Assembly (NCBI GenBank): GCA_049521075.1
Contig: JBEKPD010000003.1
Span: 47,766-111,765, forward strand
Length of the DNA: 64,000 bases
Source: Terracidiphilus sp.
GTDB lineage: Bacteria > Acidobacteriota > Terriglobia > Terriglobales > Acidobacteriaceae
Direction of reading: 5' to 3'
Part shown: piece after piece, positions 55,874 to 64,000 of the stretch
Position numbering within the stretch: the first letter of the stretch is position 1
How the letters are laid out: the number at the start of each line of letters is the position of its first letter
Notes under the pieces: model-generated
What the model saw: the letters and a program-made list of their open reading frames with translations, nothing else
What the model was told of the DNA's origin: nothing
Database searches by the model: none
Position numbers and translations under genes: made by a program

Positions 55874-57043
55874 TCAATTCAGGTCGGGCAGATCAAATTC
55901 GTCAAGCTGGAGCGGGTAGACGCCGTGTTCGCGCACCAGCCGCACCACGTAATCGTAACTTTCGCCCGAGACGTTTGTGGGGACCGAGTGATCGGACTGA
56001 AAGATGAAGCCTCCTCCTTTGGCTGCATTCAGCTTGGTGAGCACGGCGGCGCGCAGTTCCTCTTTGCTGCCCGCGGCCCACAACTGCACGTCCATGTTGC
56101 CGCAGAATCCGAGCCGGTGGCCGAGCTTGCGGCGCAACTCGACCGCATCGAGGCCAGCTTTGTATTCAAGCGGGTTATAACCATCGACGCCGATCTCGAT
56201 GAAATCGTCGAAGATGCGCGTAACATTGCCGCAGCCGTGATAAATGACGGGAAGTCCGTGGCTATGGCACTCGTCGATCATGGCCTTGACGCCTGGCTTG
56301 AAGTGCCGCCGCCAGAAAGTGGGCGAAAAGAGCATACCCTTTTTGTAGGCCACGTCGCCCCAGATGATCATGCCGGCCAGGCGGCCTTCGGCGGCCTTGA
56401 TTTGCGCACGGACGATGCCGAGATTGAATTCGTGCAGCCGTTCGACGAAGCGGGCGATGGCGTCGGGGTCTTCGGCCATCCACATCATCACGTTTTCCGT
56501 GCCGACGATGCGCCAGATCATCTCATGTGCCTCGCATGCGCCGCCGTAGACGGGAAAATCGGCGTACTCGGCAGCGACGCGATCGACATATGGCGCCAGG
56601 TTGCGCTCGAAGCCATCGCCTACGCCGTTGATCTGGTCGTCGCCGGCACGGAAGAAGCGGCGCTCGTCGAAGGGATCTTCGAACTCGAAGGCTGCCATTT
56701 TTTCGATGGTGTCGGTATCGAAGGCGACAAAGGCCGGCATGGGCAGATCGAACCTCTTGCGAATGGTTGCGCCGAAACCGGTATGGACCGTGACCTCAGT
56801 CTCGTCGTTGCGAAGGATCTCGAACGGCCGGATATGCGGATCCATATTCGGCGCTACCACGCGCCAGTCGAGATCGTAGTAGCGATAGATGTCGGTGTCG
56901 GCGGCGAGGCCTAGTTCACTGCGCCAACGATTGAGAAAGCCGCCCCAGAAAAAATCGCTGATGGGCACGCGGTCGGGCTCTTCGTGGCGCAGCGCCTTGT
57001 TCATTCTTTCCAGTTTGGCGAGACAGTTTGCAGTTCTTTCCAT
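55874..57043 (-). CDS. Uroporphyrinogen-decarboxylase/MtaA-CmuA-like TIM-barrel protein of unknown function
   Basis: PDRVP, WGDVAYKKGMLFSP, YHGCG, GNMDVQ, GGGFIFQSDHSVP. Confidence 0.85.
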   Translation of the reverse strand: MERTANCLAKLERMNKALRHEEPDRVPISDFFWGGFLNRWRSELGLAADTDIYRYYDLDWRVVAPNMDPHIRPFEILRNDETEVTVHTGFGATIRKRFDLPMPAFVAFDTDTIEKMAAFEFEDPFDERRFFRAGDDQINGVGDGFERNLAPYVDRVAAEYADFPVYGGACEAHEMIWRIVGTENVMMWMAEDPDAIARFVERLHEFNLGIVRAQIKAAEGRLAGMIIWGDVAYKKGMLFSPTFWRRHFKPGVKAMIDECHSHGLPVIYHGCGNVTRIFDDFIEIGVDGYNPLEYKAGLDAVELRRKLGHRLGFCGNMDVQLWAAGSKEELRAAVLTKLNAAKGGGFIFQSDHSVPTNVSGESYDYVVRLVREHGVYPLQLDEFDLPDLN

Positions 57044-57348
57044 GTTGTCGTCGTCCTTACTCCGGTCGCGCCCTGCGGTGTCGCGCTTCCGGTCTTGCAC
57101 AATTGCGCCTGGAGCGCACGCTGCTGGATGGAAGTCACCATCTTACTTCCGGCAGAGTGGCAATTCCCATGACAAATTCACGTCTGTACGCAAAGGCAGC
57201 TATGATCTATGTGCATTGGCGCAGCGGATACTGGATCGAATCCAAATTGCGGAACGCGCCGTTTCGTGTTTCGACGCGTTTTTGGGGGCGCAAATCGGAT
57301 TCTGGAATCGCCAAACTGTTCATTCATGGCATCGGATGTGGAGGAGAG

Positions 57349-58563
57349 ATGAGCACGAGTTTCACGCATCGACGTGAGTTTTTGAAGCAGGCGGGGCTGG
57401 TAGGGTCGCTGGGGTCAGCCGCGATCATGGCTGGGCTGCCGGAGAGCGTCTTGGCGCAAGGCGGCGGAGCGGCGCGCATCGCGGAGGATGCGGTTGCGCC
57501 GGTGCAGACTGAAGACGCGCCGAAGTATCACATCAAGTTTGCGGTGTGCGGCATGAGCCACGACCACATCTTCGGGATGATCGGCGCGGTCCAGCGCGGG
57601 GGCGGCGAGCTGGTGGCCGCGTGGGGCGGCGAAGAGGACAAGCTCGCCGGTTTCCGCAAGCGCTTTCCCGATGTGAAGATCGTGAAGACGCAGGATGAGA
57701 TTCTCGACGATCCACCGGTGCAACTGGTGCTGACCTCACAGATTGCCAGCGAGCGCGCCGGCATCGCGGTGCGCGCCATGAAGCGCGGTAAGGATTTTCT
57801 CAGCGACAAGCCCGGGATGACGACGCTCGATCAGCTGGCTGACGTGCGCAAGACCATCGCGGAGACCAAGCGGATCTACGCAATTCTTTACAGCGAACTT
57901 CTGGAGGTGAAGGCCGCGGTGCACGCGGGAGTGCTCGTGAAGCAGGGCGCGATCGGCAAGGTGCTTCAAACGATCAATATTGCGCCGCACCAGATTTTCC
58001 AGCACGCGGGAAACGCGGGCGGCAGCGGCGGCCGGCCTGATTGGTTCTGGAATCCCGAGCAGTACGGCGGAATTCTTTGCGACATCGGCTCGCACCAGGT
58101 GGATCAGTTCCTGTTCTTCACGGGATCGACCGAGGCGGAGGTGGTGGAGTCGCAGATCGCCAACGTGCGCCATCCCGATCATCCGCGCTTCCAGGATTTT
58201 GGCGACATGGGGCTGCGCGGCAATCGCGGGCTGGGCTACGTGCGGCTGGATTGGTTCACGCCCGACGGCCTGGGCACGTGGGGTGACGGGCGGCTGTTCA
58301 TTCTGGGCACCGACGGATATATGGAGGTGCGCAAGTACACCAATGTCGGCGTAAGCCACCGAGGCAACAATCTGTTCGTGGTGGATGGCAAGCAGGCGCG
58401 GTTTATCGATTGCAATGCCATGCCGCTTCCCTTCGGGCCGCAGTTTGTGGCTGACATTGTGAATCGCACCCACCTTGCGCAGAACCTGGACGAGGCGCTG
58501 CTGGCGGCGGAATTGGTGCTCAAGGCGCAGAAGAATGCGAAGTGGGTGACGCTCGAGGAATAA
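57349..58563 (+). CDS. Gfo/Idh/MocA-family oxidoreductase with Tat signal
   Basis: HRREFLK Tat motif, FAVCGMSHDH, SDKPG, CDIGSHQVD; SD GGAG. Confidence 0.9.
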   Translation: MSTSFTHRREFLKQAGLVGSLGSAAIMAGLPESVLAQGGGAARIAEDAVAPVQTEDAPKYHIKFAVCGMSHDHIFGMIGAVQRGGGELVAAWGGEEDKLAGFRKRFPDVKIVKTQDEILDDPPVQLVLTSQIASERAGIAVRAMKRGKDFLSDKPGMTTLDQLADVRKTIAETKRIYAILYSELLEVKAAVHAGVLVKQGAIGKVLQTINIAPHQIFQHAGNAGGSGGRPDWFWNPEQYGGILCDIGSHQVDQFLFFTGSTEAEVVESQIANVRHPDHPRFQDFGDMGLRGNRGLGYVRLDWFTPDGLGTWGDGRLFILGTDGYMEVRKYTNVGVSHRGNNLFVVDGKQARFIDCNAMPLPFGPQFVADIVNRTHLAQNLDEALLAAELVLKAQKNAKWVTLEE

Positions 58564-58593
58564 AGAAATCTGCAACAGAGATTGAAGCCAGAT

Positions 58594-58641
58594 GTCGGTC
58601 AAGATACCCACACTACAGCCGGCCGGGAGGCCAGCGCTACA
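58594..58641 (-). repeat. Two tandem GTAG-type REP-like units between convergent genes
   Basis: Minus strand TGTAGC-GCTGGC-CTCCCG-GCCGGC followed by a degenerate TGTAGTGTGGGTATCTTGACCGAC. Confidence 0.5.
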
Positions 58642-58642
58642 T

Positions 58643-60166
58643 TTAAGGTCCGAAGGCGGCCAGCCCCGGCGCATCGGGAATTCTGCACACCGCGTAGCCC
58701 TGTTGCTGATAGGGGCAAGCCATTCCTGCAGGCGCAGAGCCGTGGATGACCGCCCACATGACGGGATAAATCTGGGCCAGCCGGGTAAAATCAGCCGCTG
58801 TGAAGTGGTTCAGGCCATAAGTGGCATCGCTCATCTGCTTCCATTCGAGGGCCAGCTTGGGAAAGATCGCCACTGCGCCGCCATCCTTAAAGTAATCCGC
58901 AAGCTCAGAGCGCTCGCTGATGGCGCGAAAGCCGTGAGCGTTAACGCCCGTGTCCATGAAGTAACGGGAATCGACGGCAAAAACGGCGTCGTGCGGCGTG
59001 TTCGAGCGCACCCACAGGAGCGTGTTGACCCAGGCGTTGGAACTGGTTTTCATCCAAGGCCATTCGATGTGCGGGCTGTCCGGATAGATGTTGCGCTCCA
59101 CCGCGAACATGAGCACGGCCAGGCAAAGGCAGAGGGCCGGCATGAGGAACATGCGGAGCTTCCTGCGGATTCCGACGGCGTATTCACCAACCACGCCGCC
59201 AAGAAAGATAAGAAAGACCAGCGTGATCAGGTGAAAGCAGCGCAACGGCTGCACACGCGCAAACATATCGAATACGTGCGAGCTCGAAATGACGGCGGCA
59301 GTGAGAATCGAGAGCAGGCCGAAGGGGATGAGCGCAAGACAGAGCCGCCTGAAGGCCGGCGTTGTGCCGCGCGGACCAGCCTTCCAGAACCAGACGAGAA
59401 AAGCCAACGGCGCAATCAAGCCGAGCCAATCGTACCAGGTCCAGGTGAAGAGAAAGTAGAAGTCGCGTGCGTAGAGGGCTTCGCGATAGGGATCCTGCGC
59501 GGCAGCGAATCGAAAATCGATGGGCAGGAAGAGCGCGAAGCACGCGGCCGGAGCGGGGTACGTCGTTGCAGGTTTCGCTTTCCCCGTAAACCATAGCATG
59601 AGGCCGAGAAGGGCGAGATACACCGCCATCTGGGGATGGATAAGGACGGTGAGCACGGCGGCCACGGACGCCCAGAGATAGCGGCGAGCAAGAAATGCCG
59701 CGAGCACGAAGACAGTCAGCGGAGTGGAAAAGGAGCGGGCCGTCACGTAGGGGTCCATCAGCAGCAGGCCGGTGTTGGCGGCCGGCATCATAAGAGCTGC
59801 GGTGACGGAAAGGATCGCGGCCCAGCGTGCGCGCGAAGAACTGAAGCAGACCGCAGCCAGCATCCAGCACGCAACCAGTGTGGCAAAGAGCGTGGTGATG
59901 TACCAGAGAAATACCGTCCAGTCCATGGAGAGATGAGTGAGCCGCGCGGTCCATGCCAAGATGGGCGCGAATAGCGACAGGTGCTCGTGCGAAAGAAAGA
60001 ACTCCGGAGCGTAAGGATAAAGATCGGAATGGAGCAGCTTGCTGGCGGCGGGGATGTAGATTTCGGCGTCGTCAACGCCGAAATGATAGCCGTGGATGGC
60101 AAGGGCAGCAGCCGTGAGGAGCCCCAAACGAATCAAGGGCAAACGCTGCACCGGGGTGAATTTCAT
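58643..60166 (-). CDS. Polytopic membrane protein, possibly a GT-C-fold glycosyltransferase
   Basis: About 11-12 TM segments; acidic DDAEIY motif after TM1; C-terminal soluble domain. Confidence 0.6.
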   Translation of the reverse strand: MKFTPVQRLPLIRLGLLTAAALAIHGYHFGVDDAEIYIPAASKLLHSDLYPYAPEFFLSHEHLSLFAPILAWTARLTHLSMDWTVFLWYITTLFATLVACWMLAAVCFSSSRARWAAILSVTAALMMPAANTGLLLMDPYVTARSFSTPLTVFVLAAFLARRYLWASVAAVLTVLIHPQMAVYLALLGLMLWFTGKAKPATTYPAPAACFALFLPIDFRFAAAQDPYREALYARDFYFLFTWTWYDWLGLIAPLAFLVWFWKAGPRGTTPAFRRLCLALIPFGLLSILTAAVISSSHVFDMFARVQPLRCFHLITLVFLIFLGGVVGEYAVGIRRKLRMFLMPALCLCLAVLMFAVERNIYPDSPHIEWPWMKTSSNAWVNTLLWVRSNTPHDAVFAVDSRYFMDTGVNAHGFRAISERSELADYFKDGGAVAIFPKLALEWKQMSDATYGLNHFTAADFTRLAQIYPVMWAVIHGSAPAGMACPYQQQGYAVCRIPDAPGLAAFGP

Positions 60167-60434
60167 GCAGTCCCTTTTATAGCATTCGTAGCGTTCGAAC
60201 AGTTCGCGGCCCCATCGTGACGAGAAAAGTTCCGGCCACGAGAGCAGCTGAATCAGTCGGCCTGTCGGCGCCCGGATTTTAGGCCTTGCGCAGAGGCAAG
60301 TGGTCTGTCGAATGCCAACCTTTTCTGCAGGATTCCTCCCATCTCCCGAAATTCAAGCCGGCGGAGGCGTGATATGATTTTTCAAAATTTCATCAATTTA
60401 TTCCACGCAGAGAAAACGCAAGGAGTCGTGTCTT

Positions 60435-63400
60435 ATGAGGGGCCGTCTATTCGCTATCCTGTTTATTTTCTTGGGGTTTATTCTTTCCGGCGCCGTTGTT
60501 GCCCAGACCTTCCGCGGAAATATCCAAGGCACAGTAACCGATACTTCAGGCGCGCTGATTCCTGGCGCACAGGTAAAAATTTTCAGTCCGGGCACTGGAT
60601 TGTCGCGGACGGTGTCGACCAACGACCAGGGTGCATATGTAGCCTCCGAACTGCCGCTCGGCTCCTACAACGTCACGGTCACAAGGGAAGGATTCCGCAC
60701 CATCACGCTCACCCAGATTTCGCTGAGCGTGGGCTCGCCGACGCGCGCTGACGTCAAACTGCAGCCGGGCATGGTCAGCGAAGCTGTCGAGGTGACGGCA
60801 AACGTTCCGCTTGTCGAGACCGCCGCCGACACCACCGGCGCAACTCTTGAGGCCTCAGAGGTTGCCGAGTTGCCAGTGAACGGGCGCGACTATACCAAAC
60901 TGCTCGACCTGGTCCCGGGCGCTACCAGCGACCCTGTGGGATCGACCGAATCGGCTGGCTCGTACGGGCTGTTCAGCCTCAACGGGAATCGCGGCCGCTC
61001 AAATAATTATTTGCTGGACGGCACCGACATGAACGACGGCTACCGCAATCTGCCTGCGATCAACCAGGCCGGCGTGTGGGGCTGCCCCGGCACCATTCTT
61101 CCCGTCGATGCGCTCGCCGAGATTCCAGTCACTGGCAATCCAGAAGCAGAGTTTGGGCGGAGCTCCGGCGCCACCGTGAACATCGTGACCAAGAGCGGCA
61201 CCAACCAAATTCACGGCAGTGTGTACGAGTACTTTCGCAACGGAGCGTTGAGCGCGCGGAATTTCTTCAATGGCACGAACAGTGACGGCACCGTTCAGCC
61301 GAAAGACTCCTTCTCCAACAATCAGTTTGGAACTTCGGTCGGCGGCCCGTTCATCAAAGACGATATGTTCTGGTTCCTGGCTTACGAAGGCCAGCGCGAA
61401 AACGGTGGACTGCCGCAGCTCGGCACGGTCCCCGTCCAATCCGACATTGGCGCTTGGAAGAAGGCCAACGGAGCAGTCAATCCCGTCATCCAGAAGCTGC
61501 TCAACAGCAATCCGTGGGGCGCGTTGCCGAGCTCCGGCAGCGGCGACGAGACCTTCACCACGCCATTCGTCAACAATAGCGACAACATGATCGCCAAGGT
61601 CGACAAACACATACGCATCTTCAGCGCAGGCGACCTGTTTACCGGGCGATATTTCTACAGTCAAGGCACGCAGAGCTTTCCGCTGGGGATGCTCTACACG
61701 GGGTCGAGTGCTCCCGGCTACAACACCACCACGCCGACGCACGTTAATATAGCCTCGCTTTCGTACACATCGATACCCAGACCAAATCTGATCTTTGAAA
61801 CGCGCGCAGGCTACAACCGGTTTCTGCAGCAATTCCTGCCCCAGGACGTCGGCCTCAATCCCAATACCGCGTTTGGCCTGAACACCCTGCCCGCGAATTA
61901 TTCGACACGCGACTTGGGCTTGCCCACCATCGACGTAGCCGCCTATAGCCCCATCGGCGTCACGGCCAGCGACTCCCGCGGCCGCGTCGATACCAACTAC
62001 CAGGCCTTTGAAAATGTTTCGCTGATTAAAGGCCGCCACAGCTTCAAGGCTGGATTCGAGTGGCGCCGTACGTTCATCAATAGCTTTATCGACTCCGGAC
62101 ATCGCGGCAAGCTGGTCTTCAACTCGCTCGACGATTTCCTCTCCGGCACTCCCGACGGCGGCAGCTCTACCGAGGGCAATGGCACTCGCTATTCCTTCCA
62201 AAACGCCAGCGGCGCGTATCTCCTCGATTCCTGGCGCTTCAATACCAAACTGACGATCAACTATGGCCTGCGCTGGGACTACTACGGCGTGATCGGCGCA
62301 AAAAACAACGCCTTCAGCCTCTTCGACGCCAAAACCGCGTCCCTTGAAACCGTCGGCGCCGCGGGCGATCCCTCTTCGCTGTATCACAGGGACCTTAGCA
62401 ACTTCGCGCCTCGCTTCAGCATGGCCGACGATCTTCTGGGCAACGGAAAATTCGTGCTCCGCTTCGGCGGCGGTATCTTCTACGACGGACCATCACAGGA
62501 CTACTTCGTCGGCAACCAGGCCTACAACACCAATGCGGGTCAGGCCGGGCCGATCTTCAACAGCATCACGTTTGCATCACCCGTCACCTCGACCAGCACC
62601 ACATCCGGCTACGCCCCCATCGCGTCAGGCACGCCAGTCTTCGGGGTCTACGCGCCCACGAGTGTCTTCACCGTCGACCAGAATCTGAAGACGCCGCGCT
62701 ACGGGGCCTACAACCTTAACCTCGAGTCCCAGCTGACCAAGACCGTCGCGCTCCAACTCGGCTATGTCGGCTCACAGGGCCGCCACCTCTTCCGCTTCCG
62801 CGACCTGAACCAGTTCAACATTGTGGCCGGCAGCGTCGATACCTGCGGCAACGGAACCAAGATCACCTACGGCCAGCAGTGCTACTCGTCGTATACGGTC
62901 GGTTCTACTGTCATCAACCCGTTCTACTACCTCAACCAGATCGAAACCTCGGCGCTTTCGAACTACAACTCGTTGCAGGCGACACTGAAGATACAGGCTT
63001 GGAAGGGTCTCACTTCCACCCTCAACTACACCTGGGCCCATTCGATCGACACCGCCAGCGATGGTCAGGACTTCGTGCCCAACGCCGCCATGCCCGACGA
63101 CAGTTGGAATCCCCACGGGGAACGGGCGAGCTCAAACTTCGACGCGCGCAACCGTGTGCAGTGGTACTGGACATACACGGTGCCCAAGACTAAGCAGGTT
63201 GGTTGGCTGCTCAATGGCTGGGCCCTGGACGGTATGTTCAACTTGTCCTCCGGTCAGCCCTACACGGTCAGTTACATCGATAACTTCCAGAATAACTTCA
63301 ACGGCAGCGGCGAATACTTTGGCCGGCTCGATATTATCGGCAACCCGCACCAGGGCGCGGGAGGCGTCAATTTGCTGAACGCTTCAGCCTTTGCTGCGCC

Positions 63401-63806
63401 CTGCACGATGGACACTAATACCAAAAGTCAAACGTACGGCGCCTGCATCAATGGTCACCCGGGTAGCGAAGGCCGCAATGCCTTCAACTCTCCGAACTAC
63501 ACGAACATGGACTTTTCGCTCAACAAGACCTCCCACATCACAGAAAAGCTGACCATGGAACTGCGCGCCGACTTCTTCAACATCTTGAATCACCCCAATC
63601 TTTCGAATCCGTTATTGCCGGGCTTCGGTCTCGACATATACAGCTTCAACAATAACAATCCCATCCAGCAAGGAAATCGCCTTGTCATGGGCACCAGCTC
63701 GCAGTTCCTCCAGACCACAGCCACTCCCGATGTGGGCAGCGGCAATCCTTATCTCGGCGGCGGTGGACCGCGCAGCGCGCAACTTGCGGTGCACTTCACG
63801 TTTTGA
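60435..63806 (+). CDS. TonB-dependent receptor (Oar-like) with carboxypeptidase-regulatory-like domain
   Basis: GNIQGTVTDTSGALIPGA, LPVNGRDY, NNYLLDG, NIVTKSGTN, NYGLRWDY, C-terminal HFTF. Confidence 0.92.
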   Translation: MRGRLFAILFIFLGFILSGAVVAQTFRGNIQGTVTDTSGALIPGAQVKIFSPGTGLSRTVSTNDQGAYVASELPLGSYNVTVTREGFRTITLTQISLSVGSPTRADVKLQPGMVSEAVEVTANVPLVETAADTTGATLEASEVAELPVNGRDYTKLLDLVPGATSDPVGSTESAGSYGLFSLNGNRGRSNNYLLDGTDMNDGYRNLPAINQAGVWGCPGTILPVDALAEIPVTGNPEAEFGRSSGATVNIVTKSGTNQIHGSVYEYFRNGALSARNFFNGTNSDGTVQPKDSFSNNQFGTSVGGPFIKDDMFWFLAYEGQRENGGLPQLGTVPVQSDIGAWKKANGAVNPVIQKLLNSNPWGALPSSGSGDETFTTPFVNNSDNMIAKVDKHIRIFSAGDLFTGRYFYSQGTQSFPLGMLYTGSSAPGYNTTTPTHVNIASLSYTSIPRPNLIFETRAGYNRFLQQFLPQDVGLNPNTAFGLNTLPANYSTRDLGLPTIDVAAYSPIGVTASDSRGRVDTNYQAFENVSLIKGRHSFKAGFEWRRTFINSFIDSGHRGKLVFNSLDDFLSGTPDGGSSTEGNGTRYSFQNASGAYLLDSWRFNTKLTINYGLRWDYYGVIGAKNNAFSLFDAKTASLETVGAAGDPSSLYHRDLSNFAPRFSMADDLLGNGKFVLRFGGGIFYDGPSQDYFVGNQAYNTNAGQAGPIFNSITFASPVTSTSTTSGYAPIASGTPVFGVYAPTSVFTVDQNLKTPRYGAYNLNLESQLTKTVALQLGYVGSQGRHLFRFRDLNQFNIVAGSVDTCGNGTKITYGQQCYSSYTVGSTVINPFYYLNQIETSALSNYNSLQATLKIQAWKGLTSTLNYTWAHSIDTASDGQDFVPNAAMPDDSWNPHGERASSNFDARNRVQWYWTYTVPKTKQVGWLLNGWALDGMFNLSSGQPYTVSYIDNFQNNFNGSGEYFGRLDIIGNPHQGAGGVNLLNASAFAAPCTMDTNTKSQTYGACINGHPGSEGRNAFNSPNYTNMDFSLNKTSHITEKLTMELRADFFNILNHPNLSNPLLPGFGLDIYSFNNNNPIQQGNRLVMGTSSQFLQTTATPDVGSGNPYLGGGGPRSAQLAVHFTF

Positions 63807-64000
63807 GTTCGAAGCTATGAGAGAATGACTTTCATGCCGATTAGCGGAAATCAGATTTTTCGAGCGATTTGATTCCCGCTTAAAATCGGGCTTCGATATA
63901 ACGAGAGTTCGCCGGAAACGGAAAACATGATGACTCAACGTCCGACGCTTTGGTGCGGCTTATTCCTTGTGTCGGTGCTAACGGTGAATGGGAGCGCGTC

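Noticed and set aside
57044-57348. Cobalamin riboswitch upstream of the URO-D-like gene
   Set aside because: No B12-box or conserved GGGAA...GCCCCCGC-ACTG core found on either strand.
63950-64000. Possible start of an exported protein (MVRLFLVSVLTVNGSA...)
   Set aside because: Only about 16 codons are visible before the window edge; insufficient evidence.

Overview
A 64-kb GC-rich bacterial chromosomal segment. The gene content suggests Acidobacteriota (Oar-like TonB-dependent receptors, a TPR + CRTAC1/ASPIC pair, lpxI); this assignment is inference. Left third: glycan catabolism. A truncated GH15 and a Tat-exported GH53 are followed by a ~15.4-kb LacI-controlled beta-glucan utilisation locus (GH30, GH55, GH30, TBDT, TPR, CRTAC1/ASPIC, MFS, LacI). 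This locus lies between an intact tRNA-Phe(GAA) and a distal copy of the tRNA 3' end, and no integrase is visible. Middle: envelope and housekeeping genes (secreted adenosine deaminase, fabZ-lpxA-lpxI, bcp, H1-like protein, mltD, lepA, two skp, bamA, RND tripartite pump). Right: cysK-cysE-GNAT, ppc, esterase, tag, ABC-F, L,D-transpeptidase, rhaM with a URO-D-like gene, Gfo/Idh/MocA, a GT-C-like membrane protein and a second TBDT. The most notable non-coding signals are: (i) a candidate cysteine-sensing leaderless uORF (MHRCR*) attenuator upstream of cysK; (ii) the tRNA-Phe att-like repeats with 116-bp structured tandem units; (iii) at least six copies of an ACAAnCGnTTGT operator inside the island; (iv) a cluster of DnaA boxes in opposed orientations between lepA and skp; (v) a REP-like element read in frame inside the ABC-F gene; (vi) a family of phased heptamer repeats in intergenic spacers. 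No CRISPR array, rRNA, transposase or integrase was seen. All calls are made by eye from motifs; no database searches were run.
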